DNA from: Thermodesulfobacteriota bacterium
Lineage (GTDB): Bacteria; Desulfobacterota_D; UBA1144; Nemesobacterales; UBA2774
Assembly: GCA_965223335.1 (NCBI GenBank)
Contig: OZ244991.1
Location: 1,792,001 to 1,856,000 of the forward strand
DNA: 64,000 nucleotides
Direction of reading: 5' to 3'
Of the stretch, positions 57,823 through 64,000 are shown piece after piece; positions within the stretch are counted from its first letter, which is position 1, and the number at the start of each line of letters is the position of its first letter. The notes under the pieces are model-generated. The model searched no databases. It worked only from the letters and a program-made list of their open reading frames with translations, and was not told the origin of the DNA. The position numbers were made by a program, and so were the translations under genes.

Positions 57823-59159
57823 CGATGCTGAGTCAAGACAAGAGAGTTTTACTTTTAAGTGGGTATTACTATCCGGAATCTGTGGGTGGAACTGAAAAGC
57901 ATATCCAGTTGCTAGGTAGTGACCTAGAGTCGATTGGCTGGGATGTATCCATAGCGGCAGCTTCATCTGACGAGACTACGAATCGATATCAATGGCGAGG
58001 TACAGATGTTTATCGCTATCCAATATCAAGTGAACCGAGCAAGTTGGAATTTCGTGAGGAATCTGAGCCCAAGTACATAAGCCAGTTCAAAGAGTTGGTA
58101 GATGAGATTAAACCCAGTGTTGCTCATATTCAATCATTAACCCGCGGCTGCGGGTACTATCACGCCCGTTGTCTCCATGACAACAACATTCCATTGGTTT
58201 TGACAATCCATGTACCGGTGACTTGTAGTCGTGGTTCAATGATGAGGTGGGGCAAAGTTCCTTGCGACGGTAAAATGTTATCAAACCGATGTACTGTATG
58301 CACGCTTCATAAACACGGCGTTCCAAATTTTATAGGTTGGTTGCTATGTCATATGCCAGATTCTATTATCAGTAGAACGAAAAATATGGATAACAAAATA
58401 GGAACCGCATTATCTATGAAAAGTTCAAATTTATCCAGGATAGCGAGGCTAAAGGAACTTTTCGAGATTACATGTAGGATCGTCACTGTCTCAAAGTGGC
58501 TTCGCGATGTCTTAATACTAAATGGGGTACCGAGCAATAAAATAGTAGTGATGAAAAACGGTTTAGATACTGAAGATATTGCGAATTTCAGATCCGTTAA
58601 ACGCAAAGATGATAATAAAGTGAGAATTGGATATATTGGTCGCTTCACAGAAGTCAAGGGGTTGCATGTTTTAGTGAAAGCAATATTATTGACCGATACT
58701 GACATAGGGTGCGAGCTACATGTATACGGACGAATAAATTCTACCGATGACAAAAAATACTATAATCAAGTACAGGAGCTGGCCGGGGGAGATAATCGGA
58801 TCTATTTTTATGATGAGATGACCGATGGGCAACAGTACGAGGTTTATAGAAGTTTTGATATACTAGCTATGCCTTCGCTCTGTTTAGAGAATATGCCCTA
58901 TGTCATACTAGAGGCGTTCGCAGCAAAACTGCCGGTTATGGGTAGCGATTTGGGTGGAATCTCTGAGAACGTGAGACATGATGTCGATGGTGTATTGATA
59001 AAAGCTGGGAATGTAGAGCAATGGGCTGTGGAGATAGCTAATATTTGCAGAAACAAAGAAAGATTAGATAGATTCAGAACCAATATTAAACCAGTTACAA
59101 AAAGCATTGAAGTTGCTCGGGAAATGAACGATCTATACCTTGATTTGATAAATTCCTAA
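57816..59159 (+). CDS. Glycosyltransferase family 4
   Basis: YPESVGGTE, GRFTEVKG, PSLCLENMPYVILEA. Confidence 0.9.
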   Translation: MVAMLSQDKRVLLLSGYYYPESVGGTEKHIQLLGSDLESIGWDVSIAAASSDETTNRYQWRGTDVYRYPISSEPSKLEFREESEPKYISQFKELVDEIKPSVAHIQSLTRGCGYYHARCLHDNNIPLVLTIHVPVTCSRGSMMRWGKVPCDGKMLSNRCTVCTLHKHGVPNFIGWLLCHMPDSIISRTKNMDNKIGTALSMKSSNLSRIARLKELFEITCRIVTVSKWLRDVLILNGVPSNKIVVMKNGLDTEDIANFRSVKRKDDNKVRIGYIGRFTEVKGLHVLVKAILLTDTDIGCELHVYGRINSTDDKKYYNQVQELAGGDNRIYFYDEMTDGQQYEVYRSFDILAMPSLCLENMPYVILEAFAAKLPVMGSDLGGISENVRHDVDGVLIKAGNVEQWAVEIANICRNKERLDRFRTNIKPVTKSIEVAREMNDLYLDLINS

Positions 59160-59205
59160 TAGTTGACCTACTATTTATTCACAACTGTAATTATTGCACA
59201 AAGCA

Positions 59206-60399
59206 ATGGATAAACAATCTAGAAGAATTATATATGTCCAATATACAAATCCTGCAATCTATCCCCCACTTCAACATAGTTCAAGGATATTTGCCAATCG
59301 AGGATGGCAGGTACTTTGTCTAGGTATATCAAGAGATATCGAAACACGACATTTGAGATTTCCTGATCATAATAATATCGAAATGAAGTATCTGAGTAAT
59401 AAGTATGATAATTTGCCCACATTGTTGCATTACACTTTGTATTTCTTCTGGTTGCTATGGTGGACTATACGTTTTAAACCCAGATTCATATATGCATCAG
59501 ATATTTTATCCACACCTATCGCTTATATACTTAGTTTTTTCTCCAGTGTTCAAGTTATATATCATGAGCATGATACCCCCTTGCCTAAAAAACAATCGAG
59601 ATTCTTTGTGCAATATTGCCATTTTTTTAGATATAGACTGGCGAGAAGGGCTTTTTTATGTTTGATTCCAAATCAAACTAGGACAGAAATCTTTCGTGCC
59701 GAGATGGGTGGGATCACAAACATTAGAACTGTCTGGAACACCCCATCTATCAGTGAGGTTGTAAATCAAAAGGATTTGCATTCTAATAGCAATAAAACTG
59801 ATTTCTGGATTATATTTCATGGTTCGATCGGGCCTGTTCAGGTGAGTTCTTCGCTCTTAAAAGCATTAACATCGTTGCCTGAGACTGTGAAACTTAGAAT
59901 AGTGGGTTATGAGACTATTGGTCACACGGGGTACAAGAATTATTTGTACAACATTGCATGTGAACTAGGAATTGTTCACAGGATCGAAATTCTTGATTCG
60001 CTGCCTAGGTTTCAACTACTCAAAGTTACTCAAATGAATGATCTTGGATTAGTACTATTTCCGATGAAAAGTGAAAATATAAATATTCGATATATGGTAG
60101 GGGCGTCTAATAAGCCATTTGATTATCTAGCTTGTGGCCTACCGATGTTAACTTCAAATCTGCAAGATTGGAATGAGATGTATGTTGATCCCGGCTACGG
60201 ACTAGCATGTGATTCTGATGATCCGCAAAGTATCGCAGCAGCAATTGAGTGGTGTCTCAATCATCGTGAAGAAATGATCGAGATGGGTAAACGGGGAAGG
60301 CATAGGATTATTAATGATTGGAATTATGAAAAGCAGTTTGACCCGGTTTTAGAGCTTGTGGAAAATTCTTATTTACGATTCAATACAGAATATATATAA
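59206..60399 (+). CDS. Glycosyltransferase family 4
   Basis: YTNPAIYPPL, SNKPFDYLACGLP. Confidence 0.85.
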   Translation: MDKQSRRIIYVQYTNPAIYPPLQHSSRIFANRGWQVLCLGISRDIETRHLRFPDHNNIEMKYLSNKYDNLPTLLHYTLYFFWLLWWTIRFKPRFIYASDILSTPIAYILSFFSSVQVIYHEHDTPLPKKQSRFFVQYCHFFRYRLARRAFLCLIPNQTRTEIFRAEMGGITNIRTVWNTPSISEVVNQKDLHSNSNKTDFWIIFHGSIGPVQVSSSLLKALTSLPETVKLRIVGYETIGHTGYKNYLYNIACELGIVHRIEILDSLPRFQLLKVTQMNDLGLVLFPMKSENINIRYMVGASNKPFDYLACGLPMLTSNLQDWNEMYVDPGYGLACDSDDPQSIAAAIEWCLNHREEMIEMGKRGRHRIINDWNYEKQFDPVLELVENSYLRFNTEYI

Positions 60400-60467
60400 T
60401 CCTTAGCCAATACTGAATAACATATATATATTTAAGTATTTTCATTTCGAGCATTTCTACAATCATA

Positions 60468-61586
60468 ATGAAATATGTTGTAACTACAGTTATGGGTACA
60501 AGTACAATTATAGAAAGCAATAAAATCGAACATGCATTCTTTTCAATATGCATACCACAATTTAATAGAACATCCTTTCTCCTAAAAGCACTTATTGAGT
60601 TGGATGGTCAGACATTTAGAAATTTTGAGGTATGTATATCCGATGACCTTTCTACTGACCGCAGAGAGCATGAGATAATCGAATATCTAGAAAGTTCAGG
60701 TTTATCTTACGCGTATAAAAGACAAGAATCGAATCTCAGATATGATGGAAATCTTAGAGAAAGTATTGCATTAGCAAATGGAAGATATTGTTTCCTTCAT
60801 GGCAATGATGATTGCCTTGCCGCTAGATCAACTCTAGAGGATCTCCATAAGTTGCTAATAGATTACGAGTGTCCCGAAGTTGCTATTACTAATTTTCAGG
60901 ATTATCAATCGGGTGAGATTGTTCACCGAGCCAACCGCAGCAGAATTATAGGTGCTGGTCCTGAAGTAGCTGCCAACCAGTTCCGTAATTTATCTTTTGT
61001 GAGCGGACTTATCTTAAATACTAGTGAAGCACAAAAAATAGCCACGGACAAATGGGATGGTTTTGAGATGTATCAAATGTATATCATCTCTAGAATCATT
61101 GCTTCGGGTGGACGTGTTCTTGCCCTTAACAAATCATCGGTACGCAAGGACATATATATTCCGAATGAACAGGTTGATTCATACAGCAGAAATCCTGTCA
61201 TCGATCCTTGTCCTATTATAGAACGAAAGGTCCATACAGTTGCATATGGAAGACTAGTAGTTGATGCAATTTCGGACTATTTATCTGAAGACAGAAAACG
61301 TAGTGTCTATTTTTGGATTTTTGTTCAGCTTTATATCTTTACTATTTCGTTTTGGATAATAGAGCATAGGAGAATCCAATCATGGAAATATGCTCTGGGT
61401 ATCGCTCTTGGATTTAGACCGAGAAATGTTGTAGGAGATGCCCATATCGGACTATTAAGGTTGTATATCTTAAAATGCATATATCTATTGGTTTGTATAA
61501 TAAGTCTAATAGTCCCACTTGCTGTTATTCAATCTATACTTCCGTTCCTTTATAAAGTATCTAGATATTTTTTCATCGGAAATTAA
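60468..61586 (+). CDS. Glycosyltransferase family 2
   Basis: FSICIPQFNR, ISDDLSTD, GNDD. Confidence 0.85.
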   Translation: MKYVVTTVMGTSTIIESNKIEHAFFSICIPQFNRTSFLLKALIELDGQTFRNFEVCISDDLSTDRREHEIIEYLESSGLSYAYKRQESNLRYDGNLRESIALANGRYCFLHGNDDCLAARSTLEDLHKLLIDYECPEVAITNFQDYQSGEIVHRANRSRIIGAGPEVAANQFRNLSFVSGLILNTSEAQKIATDKWDGFEMYQMYIISRIIASGGRVLALNKSSVRKDIYIPNEQVDSYSRNPVIDPCPIIERKVHTVAYGRLVVDAISDYLSEDRKRSVYFWIFVQLYIFTISFWIIEHRRIQSWKYALGIALGFRPRNVVGDAHIGLLRLYILKCIYLLVCIISLIVPLAVIQSILPFLYKVSRYFFIGN

Positions 61587-61605
61587 CCTTACATACTTTT
61601 AGAAA

Positions 61606-62631
61606 ATGAGCGACAAAATAGATTCGATTATTATTGTAGGTCAATCGGGAGGTACAAATGTTGGTGAATCCTTATATAGAGCCTCACTCTCAATTGATAA
61701 ATTAGAAGCAGCTTTTGTCGATAGCTACACTGCAAATAGTAATTCTCAGTTATTAAATCGTATTTACTGGCATCTGTTTTCTAAACGACCATTCAATATA
61801 AAGTCCTTTAGCAAGAAAATATTAGAGGAATGTCAGGCGAGGAGACCACGATATTTATTGACTACTGGATTTTCTCCTATTTATGATAGTGTTTTATCAG
61901 AAATAGGGAAATTGGGGATCGTACGTATCAATTACCTCACAGATGATCCCTGGAATCCTGTGCTTAAGGCTAAATGGTTCTTAGACTCTCTGGTTCAATA
62001 TGATGTTGTATTTACGCCAAGACTAGCAAACATTGACGACATTAAAGGTTTGGGTTGTAAGCGAGTTGAATATATCCCATTTGGTTATGATCCAAAACAT
62101 TTTTACCCTCCTGACAATCCGGATAGTTATAACTACGGGGACAAACACGAATGTGAAGTATTATTTGTAGGTGGTGGAGATAGAGACCGTCTCCAAACCA
62201 TGTTGCCATTAATTGAGTCTGGAGTGCATCTACATTTAGGCGGAAGTTACTGGGAAAGATACAAATTAACCAGAAAACTAACGGTTGGACAAATGGATGT
62301 GGATGAACTTAGATTTGCGACCTCTCGTGCTAAGATCAATCTGTGTTTAGTAAGAAAATCTAATCGTGACGGTCACGTTATGAGATCATTTGAAATTCCT
62401 GCTGTAGGAGGATGTATGCTAGCGGAATATACGGATGAGCACTACTCAATCTTTGGAGATGAGGGCGATGCTGTACATTATTTTAAAGATGCAATCGATA
62501 TGGTTAACAAAGTAAAATGGCTACTGCAGCATGATGACGGGAGAAAACGTTTAGCAAAAAAATCACATGATCTTGTTGTAAACGGTAAAAATACTTACCT
62601 TGATAGGCTCGAATTAATGTTAAATCTTTAG
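61606..62631 (+). CDS. CgeB-like glycosyltransferase
   Basis: YLTDDPW, FVGGGD..R, MRSFEIPAVGG, NTYLDR. Confidence 0.82.
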   Translation: MSDKIDSIIIVGQSGGTNVGESLYRASLSIDKLEAAFVDSYTANSNSQLLNRIYWHLFSKRPFNIKSFSKKILEECQARRPRYLLTTGFSPIYDSVLSEIGKLGIVRINYLTDDPWNPVLKAKWFLDSLVQYDVVFTPRLANIDDIKGLGCKRVEYIPFGYDPKHFYPPDNPDSYNYGDKHECEVLFVGGGDRDRLQTMLPLIESGVHLHLGGSYWERYKLTRKLTVGQMDVDELRFATSRAKINLCLVRKSNRDGHVMRSFEIPAVGGCMLAEYTDEHYSIFGDEGDAVHYFKDAIDMVNKVKWLLQHDDGRKRLAKKSHDLVVNGKNTYLDRLELMLNL

Positions 62632-62682
62632 CGTCTTATCAAAAAGTCTTCAACGGTTAGATACTTATTATTTTTGATAGTA

Positions 62683-64000
62683 ATGCAAATGTTTAATGCA
62701 AAGCTGGAACTAGGCTTATATATTCTTGTCAGTGCTTTGGCAGCTGGATTAGTTGTATTACAGCGCTGGAATAAGAAGGATTACAATGTAGGTCTTACTA
62801 TACTATTCCTTGCGAATCTATTCTTAATACATTGGGCAGGGGCTGTTGTACACATCCTGCCTTGGTACGAAAACATTGATTTTGAACGTACCCTCTCTGG
62901 TTTCAGACTGACTACATACGGAATATTAGCATTCGTCTTTGGGTGTTTTGCGATATCTATGGTTAGGAAACGAATTGTTCGCGCTGCATTAACAGTAGAG
63001 ACAAGCAATGTGATTGATATGAAGAATCTACATTTTACTTCCATGTTCTATGCCGTGTTTGGGATATTATCGGCTTTTGCGTTTTTTATAGGGTTAAAAC
63101 GCGTACCCAGTATTGGGGCATTAGCATCAGTTGGGATATCTATGATTGTAGTTGGTTTCTGTCTTATTTGTTGGTATTCGCTCATAAAGCGTGATTATAA
63201 ACAATTGACTGTGTGGTTGGGACTGTCATTAATGTTTCCATTTCTTACTGTTGTGGGACTTGGATTTTTAGGATTTGGTGTGGCTCTAACTCTAATAGTT
63301 TATGTTTTTGTTGCAAGATTTATAAGATTGGATTTAAAGCTGGTTTTGGGAATTTTATTGTTTGCCTATATGAGTGTGAGTTTTTATCAAAACTATATGA
63401 GAGATAGGACTGACTTGCGTGGAGTGCTGTGGGAACAGGAAGGTGGGATTCAAGCTGGTATTAATCAACTAAAGTTGACTCTTTCAAACTTCGAGTTGTT
63501 TAATCCCTTTGATGAAACACAGCTTGATCGAATTAATGTGCGCATGAACCAAAACGTATTAATCGGAGCATCTGTTGATTATCTGGATTTTAGTGATGCG
63601 TATGCACGTGGGGAAACAATGATCGATTCTTTCATTGCATTAGTACCGAGAATCATATGGCCCGAAAAGCCATTTAAACTAGGAGGCTCTGAATTAGTTT
63701 CGAAATACACAGGAATTACTTTTGAAGAGGGAACTACCATTGCAATGGGTCAGGTAATGGAACTATATGTCAATTTTGGGGCTTTGGGTGTAATAGTTGG
63801 GTTTTTTGTACTTGGAATGATTTTGACGTTGGTGGATACAAAAGCTGCAGCAGCATTAACGAAATGCGAGTGGAACCATTTTGCTCTTTGGTTCCTTCCG
63901 AGTTTGCCTTTGCTTGATAGTCATGCGACATTCGCTCAACTTGTCAGCACAGTTGCAGCGTCTGTTATTTTGGTCAATATGGTTATCCGTTTTCCCCGCC
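62683..64000 (+). CDS. Partial Wzy-like oligosaccharide repeat-unit polymerase (runs off window end)
   Basis: Not in the ORF track because it has no stop in the window. Manual translation from ATG 62683 is open to the end, with many TMs and VPRIIWPEKP and ELYVNFG motifs. Confidence 0.75.
   Translation, partial: MQMFNAKLELGLYILVSALAAGLVVLQRWNKKDYNVGLTILFLANLFLIHWAGAVVHILPWYENIDFERTLSGFRLTTYGILAFVFGCFAISMVRKRIVRAALTVETSNVIDMKNLHFTSMFYAVFGILSAFAFFIGLKRVPSIGALASVGISMIVVGFCLICWYSLIKRDYKQLTVWLGLSLMFPFLTVVGLGFLGFGVALTLIVYVFVARFIRLDLKLVLGILLFAYMSVSFYQNYMRDRTDLRGVLWEQEGGIQAGINQLKLTLSNFELFNPFDETQLDRINVRMNQNVLIGASVDYLDFSDAYARGETMIDSFIALVPRIIWPEKPFKLGGSELVSKYTGITFEEGTTIAMGQVMELYVNFGALGVIVGFFVLGMILTLVDTKAAAALTKCEWNHFALWFLPSLPLLDSHATFAQLVSTVAASVILVNMVIRFPR

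Overview
Bacterial, Gram-negative-type genomic window (lipoproteins, Wza/Wzc, MlaEFD); gene content suggests a deltaproteobacteria-like lineage, which is an inference only. Two paralogous surface-polysaccharide loci are transcribed outward from a ~24 kb core of housekeeping genes (alr, mlaEFD, hflX, xseB-ispA-tlyA, transaldolase, rpsT, holA, ndk and others). The left locus (1-15.2 kb, minus strand) and right locus (39.7-64 kb, mostly plus strand) share a five-gene module: a secreted FecR-like protein with a hydrophobic Gly/Ala C-terminal tail ending in an Asp-Pro motif, Wza, Wzc, a TPR plus carbohydrate-binding-domain protein, and an O-antigen-ligase-family protein. Each locus also has its own Wzm/Wzt ABC exporter. 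Notable points: the only priming phosphoglycosyl transferase carries two tandem MshEN-like (c-di-GMP receptor) domains; a DnaJ-TM-LysM protein and a SxtI/J/K-like carbamoyltransferase trio lie inside the right locus; an acidic 11-mer repeat lipoprotein lies in the core; two glycosyltransferases are frameshifted (one at a poly-A tract); one kinase-like gene is decayed; two genes probably start at ATA/ATT. No rRNA, tRNA, CRISPR array or transposase was recognised.
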